Below are positions 27,958 to 37,317 of a stretch of 57,512 bases of DNA, piece by piece. Position numbers and translations under genes: made by a program. How positions within the stretch are numbered: position 1 is the stretch's first letter; every line of letters starts with the position of its first letter. The notes under the pieces were generated by a model. The model was given only the letters and a program-made list of their open reading frames with translations. It did no database searches and had not been told where the DNA came from. Source of the stretch: Acidimicrobiia bacterium (GTDB taxonomy: Bacteria > Actinomycetota > Acidimicrobiia > IMCC26256 > JACDBD01); NCBI GenBank assembly GCA_035637335.1, contig DASPXI010000065.1, positions 1 to 57,512 on the forward strand. Direction: 5' to 3'.

Positions 27958-28794
27958 ATGGGCGACTTGGCGGCCGACACGGCGATCGAAGGGTCCGACG
28001 GGCGGTACCAGGCGCAGCTGTCGCGCGACTGGGAGATCTGGGGACCGAACGGCGGGTACCTCGCCGTCATCGCGCTCCGGGCCGCCGGCGCCCGCACCCC
28101 CCTGCGCCGGCCGGCGACGTTCTCCTGCCACTTCCTCGGCGTGGCGGACTTCGACGTCGTCGACCTCGATGTTCGCGTGGTGCGCGAGTCGAGGCGGGCG
28201 GCGTCGATCGCGGTGTCGATGACCCAGTCCGGCAAGCCCATACTCGAGGCCCTGGCGTGGATCGTCGGCGACGTCGACGGGCTCGAACACGACGCCGCGC
28301 CGATCCCGACGGTTGCGCCTCCCGATGAGCTCCCTAACATCGAGCAGCTGATGGCGAGTCAAGACCGCGGCCCGTACCACCTCTTCTGGAGCAACTTCGA
28401 GCAGCGGCCCCTCGAGTGGGTGAAGAACTGGGAGGAGCGGGAGCCGGGCGACCCGAGCTTCCGATCGTGGTACCGCTACGCACCTCGCGACACTTTCGAC
28501 GATCCGTTCGTCGACGCCGGCCGGTCCCTGCTGCTCGCCGATACGGTCGGTTGGCCCGCCGCGGTGCGCGCGTACCGAAGCAACCTGTCCTACTACGCGC
28601 CGAGCATCGACGTCACCGTGCGGTTCCACGCGTGCCCGCCCCACTCACCGTGGCTGCTGGTCGAGGGGCGCTCGCCCGTCGCGCGCGACGGGCTCGTCGC
28701 GAGCACCGTGTCGGTGTGGTCGGGCGACGGCGCATTGCTCGCCAGCGGCGGCCAGCAGATGCTGTGCCGTCCGGCGGTGCTCCTCGACGCCTGA
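27958..28794 (+). CDS. Acyl-CoA thioesterase (TesB-like double hotdog)
   Basis: WEIWGPNGGYL, APSIDVTVRFH and LLASGGQ motifs. Confidence 0.85.
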   Translation: MGDLAADTAIEGSDGRYQAQLSRDWEIWGPNGGYLAVIALRAAGARTPLRRPATFSCHFLGVADFDVVDLDVRVVRESRRAASIAVSMTQSGKPILEALAWIVGDVDGLEHDAAPIPTVAPPDELPNIEQLMASQDRGPYHLFWSNFEQRPLEWVKNWEEREPGDPSFRSWYRYAPRDTFDDPFVDAGRSLLLADTVGWPAAVRAYRSNLSYYAPSIDVTVRFHACPPHSPWLLVEGRSPVARDGLVASTVSVWSGDGALLASGGQQMLCRPAVLLDA

Positions 28795-28870
28795 GCGGCG
28801 CGCAACCCATTCGGCGCTCCCGCCCGTAGTCCATACGGGCCGGAGGATCTGAAGCGATCAGGGGGGAACC

Positions 28871-29365
28871 GTGAAGAAGCTGCTGACCGCCGCCACCGTG
28901 CTGCTCGCCGCCATCGTCGTGTTCGCTGCGTGCGGCGGCGGAGGCGGCGGCAAGAAGGAGACGAAGAAGCCGACCACGACGAAGAGCACGCCGGCGACCA
29001 CCGCGGCGCCTACGGCTGCCGCGACGGTCAAGACGGCGCAGACAGGTATCGGGACGGTCCTCGTCGACCCCGATGGCAAGACCTTGTACCTGTTCGCCAA
29101 CGACCAGGGCACCACGAGCGCAGTGCCGGCGAACATCCGTCAGGCGTGGCCTCCGCTCACCGTGACCGGAGCGCCGGTTGCCGGCGCGGGTCTCGACAAG
29201 TCGAAGCTCGGGACGGCGCCGCAGCCCGACGGTCAGACCTGGGTGACCTACAACGGGCACTTGCTGTACCGGTTCTCCGGGGACGCGAGCGCCGGTCAGA
29301 CCAACGGCCACAAGCTCGGCAACGTGTGGTACGCGGTCACCGCGGCAGGGGAACGGGCGCCGTGA
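28871..29365 (+). CDS. COG4315/Lipoprotein_15-type lipoprotein
   Basis: Lipobox FAAC; GKTLYLF..D, WPP, TYNGHLLYRF.GD and WYAV. Confidence 0.85.
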   Translation: MKKLLTAATVLLAAIVVFAACGGGGGGKKETKKPTTTKSTPATTAAPTAAATVKTAQTGIGTVLVDPDGKTLYLFANDQGTTSAVPANIRQAWPPLTVTGAPVAGAGLDKSKLGTAPQPDGQTWVTYNGHLLYRFSGDASAGQTNGHKLGNVWYAVTAAGERAP

Positions 29366-29378
29366 CGGGAAAGCAGCG

Positions 29379-29645
29379 TTAGGCGGGCTCGAGCAGGATC
29401 TCGTCGAAGTAGCACCACGCCCAGTTCTCGCCGGGCTGGAAGGATTCTGCGATTGCATGCTCATCGCCGAAAGCGTGCTTGCGCGCGTGCTTGTTCTTCG
29501 AGGAGTCGCAGCAGCCGACGTGCCCGCAACTCAGGCAGAGGCGCAGATGCACCCACGTGTCGCCGATCGCCAGGCACTCCTCGCACCCGTTCGGAGTGCG
29601 GGGTTGCACGTCGTGGATCTGGTCGAGGTGGGTGCAGACAGCCAC
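29379..29645 (-). CDS. UBP-type zinc finger domain protein
   Basis: CTHL...GCEECL...WVHLRLCLSCGHVGCCDSS...HA..H...WAWCY. Confidence 0.9.
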   Translation of the reverse strand: MAVCTHLDQIHDVQPRTPNGCEECLAIGDTWVHLRLCLSCGHVGCCDSSKNKHARKHAFGDEHAIAESFQPGENWAWCYFDEILLEPA

Positions 29646-29701
29646 CGCGCTGACAACGCGGTTGGCCTCGGATTCCTTCCCGTAGGCGCCCCGTCGTTTC
29701 G

Positions 29702-30784
29702 CTACGGGATGTATTGCTGGTGGATCACCCACCAGGCGCAGACCGCCTGGCCCACGACGGCCGACGTGAAGGCGACCGCCCGCAGCGAGCGATGCACGCG
29801 GTGGAGCAGCTCGCCGGCGGCGACGAACGGCGGGAAGCATTCGTTTGCGTACCGGCCGAGACCCACCATCCCGAGACCGAGTGAGGGCAGCAGGTAGAGC
29901 ACCGTGAACACGGTCCACGCCACCGGGAGCCGCCGCCGCATGAGGAGAAGCACCCCGAGCGCCGCGAGCGCGAGAAAGACGTGCGGGAACACGTAGTCGT
30001 AGCGCCACGGCTCGCTCGCGAACGCCTTGATGGTGACCTCGGGCCACCCCTCCTTCGACGAGAGGAACACGAGCGCGTCACCGGTCCAGTGGTAGCAGGT
30101 CACGCACCACAGCGCGACCGCGACAGCCGACGGTGCGCACACGAGGAGCACGCGTCGCCACGAGCGGAGGACGAGCACGAGCGCAACCGCGAGCACGATG
30201 CCGTTGGGACGCACGAGCGCGGCGCCGGTGACAAGCACGGCTGCGGCGAGGTCGCGGCGCTCGTCCACGAAAATGAAGGCCCAAACCGAGAGCGCGAGCC
30301 AAATTGCCGACGGGTACACCATTGAGAAGATGAACGCGCCCGGGAACAGCGCGAGCGACCACACGGCAAGTCGGGCGGGGCCGGCGCGCGTATAGCGACG
30401 TGCAATTCGCCACACACCGGCCAGCGCGATCAGGAAGATCAACTGGTTCAGGACGAGGACGGTCCCGCGGTCCGGAAGACCGATCTCACGGATCGCGCGA
30501 ATCACCGCCGGAAACGCGGGGAAGAACGGCCACCGTGTCTGGACGCCTTCGACCGGCTCGGGTCCGTACCCGGCGTGAGCGATTGCGAGGTACCACTGAC
30601 CGTCCCATTTGGCGAATCCGGTGGCACGAATGCCGCCGCTTCCGATCGACGCCGCGCCGACAATCAGCGCGACCGAGTAGAGGCGGGAGACGAGCCAGGG
30701 CCGAACGACCTCGCGCCACGGGAGCAGCGCCAGACGTTCGGGCGCGCGCGTAGCAGGTGCCGCAGGTGCGTCGGCAACGGCCAT
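29702..30784 (-). CDS. GT-C membrane glycosyltransferase (PIG-V/mannosyltransferase-like)
   Basis: KWDGQWYLAIA..GY, FFPAFP, FPGAIF-like segment and LVRPNG; multiple TM helices. Confidence 0.85.
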   Translation of the reverse strand: MAVADAPAAPATRAPERLALLPWREVVRPWLVSRLYSVALIVGAASIGSGGIRATGFAKWDGQWYLAIAHAGYGPEPVEGVQTRWPFFPAFPAVIRAIREIGLPDRGTVLVLNQLIFLIALAGVWRIARRYTRAGPARLAVWSLALFPGAFIFSMVYPSAIWLALSVWAFIFVDERRDLAAAVLVTGAALVRPNGIVLAVALVLVLRSWRRVLLVCAPSAVAVALWCVTCYHWTGDALVFLSSKEGWPEVTIKAFASEPWRYDYVFPHVFLALAALGVLLLMRRRLPVAWTVFTVLYLLPSLGLGMVGLGRYANECFPPFVAAGELLHRVHRSLRAVAFTSAVVGQAVCAWWVIHQQYIP

Positions 30785-30830
30785 GCGGCCGCCGAGGGTA
30801 GGCGAACCCGTCGCGCTACGGTCTCCGCCC

Positions 30831-31592
30831 ATGCGATCCCGGTCGCTCGTTCTCGGACTCGGCGCACTGTTGATCGCGGCTTGTGGTGGCAGCAGCGGCG
30901 ACGGAAAGGAATCGACGCCCAAGTCCGCGCCCACGACCGCTCCCGCCAGCCCCGCGGACCTGAAGGTCGGGGACAAGGTGACTGCTCAGGGAACGAAGCT
31001 CGCCGAGCCGCCGAATCCGGATACCCGTCAGATCGACCCCGAGCAGGCATGCCGCACGTTCCTCGAAACCCCCGACGGCAGCTGCGAGATCGTGATGATG
31101 GCAGGCGGCAACGCCCTGTGGACCGTTGACCCGGTCCCGGGCAGCGGTTTCGGCGAGCGGGCTTGGCACGTGCGCATCCGTGTGCGGTCGAAGACGATGC
31201 CCGACGGCGGGTGGGACGTCGCCCTCCAGCTGCCGGAGAACGCGCTCTTCGCCAGCGTCGGGGTGAACGCGGCTGACGTGAACGGCGACGGCAAGCCCGA
31301 AGTCCTCGTCGGCTATCGGTCTGGTGGCACGGGCCAGTTCGAGTCCTACGACGTGATCACGTACGAGTCCGGCAAGGCCCTGCAGGTTGCCGCGCACCGG
31401 GAGGGTCTGCACAAAGGATCGGTCTCGCTCGACGGCACCAACATCATCGACTATTCGGCGGACCAGCAGTCACCCGAGTGCTGCCCTACCCAGGCGCGCC
31501 GCACCGTCATCCAGGGTGCGCAGAGCACGTTCCGCGTCACCGCAGTGAGGGACGTACCGATCGATCTGGTGCCGCCGGACCTGTTCGCCTGA
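30831..31592 (+). CDS. Hypothetical lipoprotein
   Basis: Lipobox IAAC; DVNGDGKPE Ca-binding-like motif; C-terminal CCP as in LppP/LprE-like proteins. Confidence 0.7.
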   Translation: MRSRSLVLGLGALLIAACGGSSGDGKESTPKSAPTTAPASPADLKVGDKVTAQGTKLAEPPNPDTRQIDPEQACRTFLETPDGSCEIVMMAGGNALWTVDPVPGSGFGERAWHVRIRVRSKTMPDGGWDVALQLPENALFASVGVNAADVNGDGKPEVLVGYRSGGTGQFESYDVITYESGKALQVAAHREGLHKGSVSLDGTNIIDYSADQQSPECCPTQARRTVIQGAQSTFRVTAVRDVPIDLVPPDLFA

Positions 31593-31607
31593 TCTTCGCC
31601 AAGGCCT

Positions 31608-31970
31608 TCAATCGCGCCGGCGGACGTCTTCGAGACGATCGTCGACCTTCTCGATGCCCTCGGTACGCTCGGCGATCTTCACCGCGACGTCATGCACCTC
31701 GGAGTCGACGATTCCCTTGAGCACCGCTATGCCGTCGCGCACTATTACCTCGAGCCCGGGCGCATGACGGGTGCGCCGGTCCTTGGCGAGCGCCATTCGT
31801 AAGCGCGCTTCGGTCTTGACGTCGTCGGTGTTGCCACTCACGAGGCTCTGGGCCGAGCGAACGCCGAACGCGGCCCAATCGACGACATCATCGCGGTTAC
31901 GCCACGCCCACAGGGCGAGCGCAGAGCCGCTCAGCGGCAAGTAGGTCCTGAGACGACTCGTGAGACCCAC
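31608..31970 (-). CDS. BON domain-containing protein
   Basis: LEVIVRDGIAVLKG.V...A..IA....GI..V.DRL BON pattern; start uncertain. Confidence 0.72.
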   Translation of the reverse strand: MGLTSRLRTYLPLSGSALALWAWRNRDDVVDWAAFGVRSAQSLVSGNTDDVKTEARLRMALAKDRRTRHAPGLEVIVRDGIAVLKGIVDSEVHDVAVKIAERTEGIEKVDDRLEDVRRRD

Positions 31971-31996
31971 AGCGTGAGCGTATCTACCCGCGGGCT

Positions 31997-33325
31997 TCAG
32001 CCTTGATGCGCGGCGACCGCCGCGATCAGCGCATCGAGCGGCTTCTCGGCAGCCGCCGCACGGTCGCCGTTCACGAGCACAGAGAAGATGATCCCGCGTC
32101 CACCAGCGGTCGTCCCGTACCCCGACAAGGCGATGCCGCCGATGATCGTCCCCGTCTTCGCGTGCACCGAGCCCTCGGCCGCCGTGCCGCGGAAGCGCGA
32201 CGCCAGCGTGCCGCTGCGACCGGCGACGGGCAGGGCGTCGCGCAGCTGTGGCCACCACGGCTGCGCACGCGCCGCCTGAAGGAGCTCCCGCCACTCGCGC
32301 GCTGACCGACCGTTGGCCCGGCTGAGACCGGATCCGTCGTCATCCGCGCCCGCCAACGGCACACACAGTTGCTTCAGCGCGGCGCGCGTCGCCGCGAGCC
32401 CACCCTGCGTGGAGCCCGGTGTGCCGGTCGAGTGGCCGACCTCCTTCAGCAAACCTTCGGCCTCCGTGTTGTCGCTCCGCATCAGCGTGTCGGTGAGGAG
32501 CGCAGACGCCGGCGCCGACGTGAGCGACGCGACGACGGTGCTGCCGTCCGGCGCCGAGCCGTGCACCGTCGGGCCGGCGACGTGCACGCCGTGTGCAGCG
32601 AGCGCGACGTGAAGCAGTTCCGCGTCGGCGACGGCGGGATCGGCGACGAACGCCGGGTCTCTCCGATCACGGTTCCGATCCACCATGAGCGCGGACAGCG
32701 GCCCCACATACGCGGGGAACTGCCAGTCCTGCCAACCCGCGGCGCGGCGCATCGTGTCATAGCGCGAGTCGTCGACCACGAGCGCGCCCGGCACCGCGGT
32801 GATCCCGGCCGCCCGCACCTGCGCCGCCAGCGCCTCGAGCGAGTTCGGCCCGCGGGCCGTGAGCGAAGGGTCGCCGCCGGCGACGATCACGAGGTTGCCG
32901 TCTGGCGCCGACCGCACCTGAGTCGTGAAGCGCGCGTCCGGCCCGAGCACTGCGAGCACGCCCATCGCCATGAGCAGCTTCTGGTTCGATGCCGGCAAGA
33001 GCGGGAGGTCCGGCTGGTACGCACCGACCTCGCCGATCCCGTCGATCGAGATCGACAGACCGAACCGATTGGCGGTGACCCGCGGATCGGTCGTGAACCG
33101 TTGCAGCGCCAGCGCGAGGTCGGGCGGGACGGCGGCCGGAGGCGCCGCGAGCGCGGGGTCGGGCGTGCACGGCGCGGTGGTCGGCGGCGGCGCTGGTGTG
33201 GCGGCGGTCGGGGACGGGGTGGGGGCGCGGCCGTGCGATCGCGTCGTGGTCGTGTCGCCGCTGCGGCAGGAGGCGAATGCCGCCAGCAAGGCCAGGGCGA
33301 GCGCGGATGTGAGTATGCGTCTCAC
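31997..33325 (-). CDS. dacB: D-alanyl-D-alanine carboxypeptidase/endopeptidase (PBP4, peptidase S13)
   Basis: PASNQK (SxxK), SDN, DGSGLSR and KTG motifs; N-terminal signal with Cys. Confidence 0.93.
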   Translation of the reverse strand: MRRILTSALALALLAAFASCRSGDTTTTRSHGRAPTPSPTAATPAPPPTTAPCTPDPALAAPPAAVPPDLALALQRFTTDPRVTANRFGLSISIDGIGEVGAYQPDLPLLPASNQKLLMAMGVLAVLGPDARFTTQVRSAPDGNLVIVAGGDPSLTARGPNSLEALAAQVRAAGITAVPGALVVDDSRYDTMRRAAGWQDWQFPAYVGPLSALMVDRNRDRRDPAFVADPAVADAELLHVALAAHGVHVAGPTVHGSAPDGSTVVASLTSAPASALLTDTLMRSDNTEAEGLLKEVGHSTGTPGSTQGGLAATRAALKQLCVPLAGADDDGSGLSRANGRSAREWRELLQAARAQPWWPQLRDALPVAGRSGTLASRFRGTAAEGSVHAKTGTIIGGIALSGYGTTAGGRGIIFSVLVNGDRAAAAEKPLDALIAAVAAHQG

Positions 33326-33350
33326 GGCACCGATAGCCTCACACGTCGGC

Positions 33351-33977
33351 ATGCCCGTGGACGTTCACCAGCTCGTCGCGCCCGACCACACCGCTCTCGT
33401 GCTGCAAGAAGTGCAGAACGGGGTGGTGGGGGAGGACTCAGCCCTGCCGATGCTTGCGGCCGAAGCGGCCAAGGTCGGTGTCGTGCCGCACTGTGCCGAG
33501 CTGGCGCGCGCCGCACGAGCCGCCTCGGTGCCCGTCGTCCACTGCACGGCCGAAACCCGCGCCGACGGCAAGGGCGCCAACCGCAATGCCCGGCTGTTCA
33601 TGGGCGCGCGCAAGTCACCGGTCGCACTCACGCCGGACTCCGACGCAGTGCAGCCCCCGGCTGAGATCGGTGTCGACCCCGGCGACCTCGTGTTGCCGCG
33701 CCATCACGGCCTCGGCCCGATGACGGGCACCGAGCTCGATCCGATCCTGCGCAACCTCGGCGTGACGACCATCGTGGGCGTCGGCGTTTCCGTGAACGTG
33801 GGCATGACGAACTTCGCCTTCGACGCTGTGAACCGGGGCTACCAGTTCGTGCTGCCACGGGACGCGGTCGCGGGCGTCCCCGCGGAGTACGCGGACGCCG
33901 TCATCGAGCACACGCTGAGCCTGGTCGCGACGCTCGCGACGACAGCCGAGATCGTCGCCGCGTGGGGCGGGTCGTAG
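33351..33977 (+). CDS. Isochorismatase-like family protein with altered catalytic triad
   Basis: TALVLQEVQNG, ARAASVPVVH, GTELDPILRNLGVTTIV and DAVNRGY. Confidence 0.88.
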   Translation: MPVDVHQLVAPDHTALVLQEVQNGVVGEDSALPMLAAEAAKVGVVPHCAELARAARAASVPVVHCTAETRADGKGANRNARLFMGARKSPVALTPDSDAVQPPAEIGVDPGDLVLPRHHGLGPMTGTELDPILRNLGVTTIVGVGVSVNVGMTNFAFDAVNRGYQFVLPRDAVAGVPAEYADAVIEHTLSLVATLATTAEIVAAWGGS

Positions 33978-33987
33978 CATCCCGGCC

Positions 33988-35376
33988 ATGACTGACACGC
34001 CGTGGCTCGGCGACGCATGCTCGTTGGTCGACGCGTTCCGTTCCGGGGAACGAACCCCGGTCGACGAGCTCGAAGCCAGCCTCGAGGCCATCGAGTCCTC
34101 CGAGCTCAACGCGTACTCGTTCCTCGACCCCCAGGCCGCGCGCGAAGCCGCGGTGAGCGCCGACGTGCGCGCGCCGTTCGGCGGCATCCCGGTCGGTGTG
34201 AAGGAGCTCGACTCGGTCAAGGGTTGGCCCAACACGCAGGCCAGCGTGCCACTGAAGGATCAAGTTGCGACGCAGGACTCGGCGCTCGTGAGCCGGCTGC
34301 GGGACGCGGGCGCCGTGCTCGTCGGGCTGACGACCTCGAGCGAGTTCGGCGGCGTGAACCTGACGCGCACCAATCTCAACGGCGTCACGCGCAACCCCTG
34401 GGAGCTCGCGCTCACGCCCGGCGGCTCGACGGGGGGTGGCGCGTCCGCAGTCGCAGGCGGGCTCGTGACCATCGGCACCGGCGGCGACGGAGGCGGTTCC
34501 ATTCGCATCCCGGCCGGCTTCACCGGTCTCTTCGGATTGAAGTGCACGTACGGCCGCATCCCGAAGGGTCCCGACATGCTCGTCGGTTCGCTGACCGCGG
34601 TGCTCGGGTGCGTCAGCCGATCCGTACGCGACACCGCCCGGTTCATCGACGTCACGAACGGGTTCGACCATCGCGACCCGTACAGCCTGGCGCGCGTCGA
34701 CGGCTGGGAGCGCGGCCTCGGCACGCGAAATCTCCGTGGCAAGCGCGCCGTGATTGCACCTGATCTTGGAGTTGCGGTCGTCCACCCCGAGGTCACCGCG
34801 ATGGTCGTCGAGCACGGCGAGGCGCTGGCGCGTGACGCCGGTCTCGAGCTCGTCGACGTGCCGGTGAAGCTGCCGGAGCTCGGGTACGAATGGGCGCTGG
34901 CGGGGCTGTCCGAGGTGCTCGCCCTCCTCGGCGACCGGTACCCCGACTGCGAGCCCGACCTGACGCTCGAGATCGGCTTCGGGCTCAAGGTCGCCACGGA
35001 GATCTACAACCTCGAGGCGAGAGCCCGCATCGAGAACCGCCGCACGGCGATGAACGAGGCGCTGGCCGACGTCTTCGACCAAGTCGACTTCGTCATCGCC
35101 GCCGCCAATCCTGACGTCGCGTTCGCAGCGGAAGGCCCGCTCCCGACGACGGTCGGCGAGCAGCAGGTCGACCTGGGCAACAACGGCGCGCTCACGATCC
35201 CGGCCAACGTCTTCGGCAGCCCGGCATGCTCGATCCCGATCGGAACCAGCCGCGGCCTTCCCGTCGGCCTTCAGGTCATGGGACGCCACCACGAGGAGCC
35301 GCTGCTGCTCGATCTCGCGCTGGTGGCCGAGCGCGAGCGCCCGTGGCCGCTCGTCGCGCCCCGATCACCCGTGTGA
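33988..35376 (+). CDS. Amidase (amidase-signature family)
   Basis: GIPVGVKE (Lys), TPGGSTGG and DGGGSIRIPA (Ser) motifs. Confidence 0.93.
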   Translation: MTDTPWLGDACSLVDAFRSGERTPVDELEASLEAIESSELNAYSFLDPQAAREAAVSADVRAPFGGIPVGVKELDSVKGWPNTQASVPLKDQVATQDSALVSRLRDAGAVLVGLTTSSEFGGVNLTRTNLNGVTRNPWELALTPGGSTGGGASAVAGGLVTIGTGGDGGGSIRIPAGFTGLFGLKCTYGRIPKGPDMLVGSLTAVLGCVSRSVRDTARFIDVTNGFDHRDPYSLARVDGWERGLGTRNLRGKRAVIAPDLGVAVVHPEVTAMVVEHGEALARDAGLELVDVPVKLPELGYEWALAGLSEVLALLGDRYPDCEPDLTLEIGFGLKVATEIYNLEARARIENRRTAMNEALADVFDQVDFVIAAANPDVAFAAEGPLPTTVGEQQVDLGNNGALTIPANVFGSPACSIPIGTSRGLPVGLQVMGRHHEEPLLLDLALVAERERPWPLVAPRSPV

Positions 35377-35381
35377 CTGAT

Positions 35382-35425
35382 CGATGCGTGCGCTCGGACC
35401 CAATAGTCCCCCTATGCACGCATCG
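35382..35425. repeat. 44-nt stem-loop between convergent genes (terminator or second REP-like type)
   Basis: CGATGCGTGC ... GGAC-CCAATA-GTCC ... GCACGCATCG. Confidence 0.6.
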
Positions 35426-35429
35426 TGGG

Positions 35430-36206
35430 TCAGCGGATGTACTCGCCCGCGTTCACGAGCAGGGTCTGGCCCGTGACCATGCGGGCGCGATCGGAGGCGA
35501 AGAACACGACGACCTCGGCGACGTCGCCGTCGCTCGGGATCTCTCCGAGCGGCATCTGCGCGGTGATCCGGCCGACGATCGTCTCGGGATCGACGTTCTG
35601 CGCCTTGGCGGTCATGCTGACGTAGGCCTCGACCGGCGGGCCCCACATCCACGACGGCACGACGGTGTTGACCCGGATCTTGTACGGCCCGAGTTCCCGC
35701 GCGAGATGCGCGACTGCGCCGAGGATGGCGGACTTCGACGCCGCGTACGCGGTCTGCGGTACCTGGGACCAGTACATGGCCTGGCTGCCGATGAAGACGA
35801 TCGATCCACCGCGCTCCTTGAGGTGCGGGATCACGGCCTGGGTCATCTGCATGGTGCCGAAGAGGTTGATCTCGAGCGCCTGCCGCCAGCTGTCCCAGTC
35901 TGCGTTCTCGAGCCCGCCGAATACGGCGTCGAGCGCGGCGCAGTTGACGAGCGCGTCGACCCGGCCGAAGCGGTCGATCGCAGTGGCCGCCAGCCGCTCG
36001 CACTGCGCGGGGTCGGTGATGTCGGTCACCGCCCACGCCACGCGCTCGCCCGACGGGTCGATGTCGGCGGCGGCCTTCTCGAGGTTCGTCTCTGTGCGCG
36101 CGCCGAGAACGGTGTTGGCGCCGTCTCGGGCGGCCGCGGCCGCGATCTCGCGGCCGAGGCCAGGGCCGACACCCGACACCACCACCGTCTTGTCTTCCAG
36201 GATCAT
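35430..36206 (-). CDS. SDR family oxidoreductase
   Basis: VSGVGPGLG, VNCA and YAASK; ATG 36206 overlaps the IclR stop. Confidence 0.92.
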   Translation of the reverse strand: MILEDKTVVVSGVGPGLGREIAAAAARDGANTVLGARTETNLEKAAADIDPSGERVAWAVTDITDPAQCERLAATAIDRFGRVDALVNCAALDAVFGGLENADWDSWRQALEINLFGTMQMTQAVIPHLKERGGSIVFIGSQAMYWSQVPQTAYAASKSAILGAVAHLARELGPYKIRVNTVVPSWMWGPPVEAYVSMTAKAQNVDPETIVGRITAQMPLGEIPSDGDVAEVVVFFASDRARMVTGQTLLVNAGEYIR

Positions 36207-37210
36207 GACGCGGTCCTTCCCGACGCTCGGCGCGTCGCTCGAGGGGCAATTTCGGGCTTCGTACCTCCGCGCGGCGACGCGTTCAGCCCGACCCGGCACT
36301 TCGGGGCGCGTTGTCCGTCCCAGGGGTTGCGTCCTCCCGCTTGCGCGGTGACGCGGGCGGCGGCCGCGTGCACGGCCGCGCCGTAGCCGATCAGCTCGTC
36401 GTAAGGGACATGGCTCCTGAAGACAAGCAGCCCGAGCAGCAGATCGGGTCTGCCTTCGGCGTCGAAGCTGGGCGACGTTACGAACGTGACGGCGTAGTCC
36501 CGACCCGGTCGTAGGTGACGAGCGACGTAGTGCCGCCCGGCGAGATTCGAGACCATGTTGGCGAGCGCATCGGCCGCGGGTGCAGAGATGTCGTGGCCGT
36601 CGAGGCCCGCGAGCAGCGTGAGCGCGCCCACGGAGACGTCACTCATGCGCTCGACGATGTATCCGCGCTCGCGAGCGGTATCGACGAGCGCGCGCAGGTG
36701 CTCGAGGCTCGCGTCCATCGAGACCTCGGGATAGTCGGCGAGCCACTGCGCGATTGCATCGTCACTCAACCAAGCGGCAAGCACGAGGCCACTCGGTGGG
36801 GTATAGGGATAGCGCTGGCCCGGCTGGAGCATGCGATCGAGCTCGCCCTGCGGTCCTGTCCGGTCGAGCAGGACGATCTTGTCGCCGACCAACGTCGCCA
36901 CGCTGGCCGCCAACCCGACTTCCTGGTTCAGCCGCCGCAGCTCCGGGCGCACGAGCGCGAGCGACGAGAACGCCTCCGAGGCGGCGCGGCCCAGACCGAT
37001 GAGGGCGGGTCCGAGCGTGTACGTCTTGGTGTCCTCGGCCCGCACGAGGTAGCCGGCGCGCGTGAGTGCGCCCGCGATCCCCAGGCCGGTCGCCTTGCTG
37101 ATGTCCAGGCGTCGGGCGAGCTCGGAGAGCGAGAGCCCCTCGGCGGGCTCGCGGGCGAGCAGGTCGAGCAGGCCGATGACACGCTCCGTGGGTGGCGATT
37201 GCCGTTCCAT
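36203..37210 (-). CDS. IclR-family transcriptional regulator
   Basis: SPPTERVIGLLDLL, LSELARRLDISKAT helix-turn-helix, YTLGPALIGLG; effector domain follows. Confidence 0.88.
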   Translation of the reverse strand: MERQSPPTERVIGLLDLLAREPAEGLSLSELARRLDISKATGLGIAGALTRAGYLVRAEDTKTYTLGPALIGLGRAASEAFSSLALVRPELRRLNQEVGLAASVATLVGDKIVLLDRTGPQGELDRMLQPGQRYPYTPPSGLVLAAWLSDDAIAQWLADYPEVSMDASLEHLRALVDTARERGYIVERMSDVSVGALTLLAGLDGHDISAPAADALANMVSNLAGRHYVARHLRPGRDYAVTFVTSPSFDAEGRPDLLLGLLVFRSHVPYDELIGYGAAVHAAAARVTAQAGGRNPWDGQRAPKCRVGLNASPRGGTKPEIAPRATRRASGRTAS

Positions 37211-37225
37211 GCCGGGCCCCTTGAC

Positions 37226-37244
37226 TTCTGACGGCCTATCAGAA
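37226..37244. promoter_or_regulatory. Palindromic operator, CTGAC-N5-(G/A)TCAG type (site 2)
   Basis: TTCTGACGGCCTATCAGAA abutting TTGACT in the divergent iclR/LLM gap. Confidence 0.6.
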
Positions 37245-37253
37245 ACCCTTTCA

Positions 37254-37276
37254 TATTGGAACGTCGCGTTGCAATA
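37254..37276. promoter_or_regulatory. Candidate IclR operator
   Basis: TATTGGAACG-TCG-CGTTGCAATA inverted repeat (9/10 match) in the same divergent gap. Confidence 0.55.
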
Positions 37277-37317
37277 GTGCACCCGCGCAAGTGCACCGGC
37301 GTTCGATGGGGGGAACA

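Noticed and set aside
36252..36291. TCGGGCT...AGCCCGA inverted repeat within the atypical IclR C-terminal extension
   Set aside because: Only a 7-bp stem in GC-rich DNA; could be a decayed repeat but cannot be supported.
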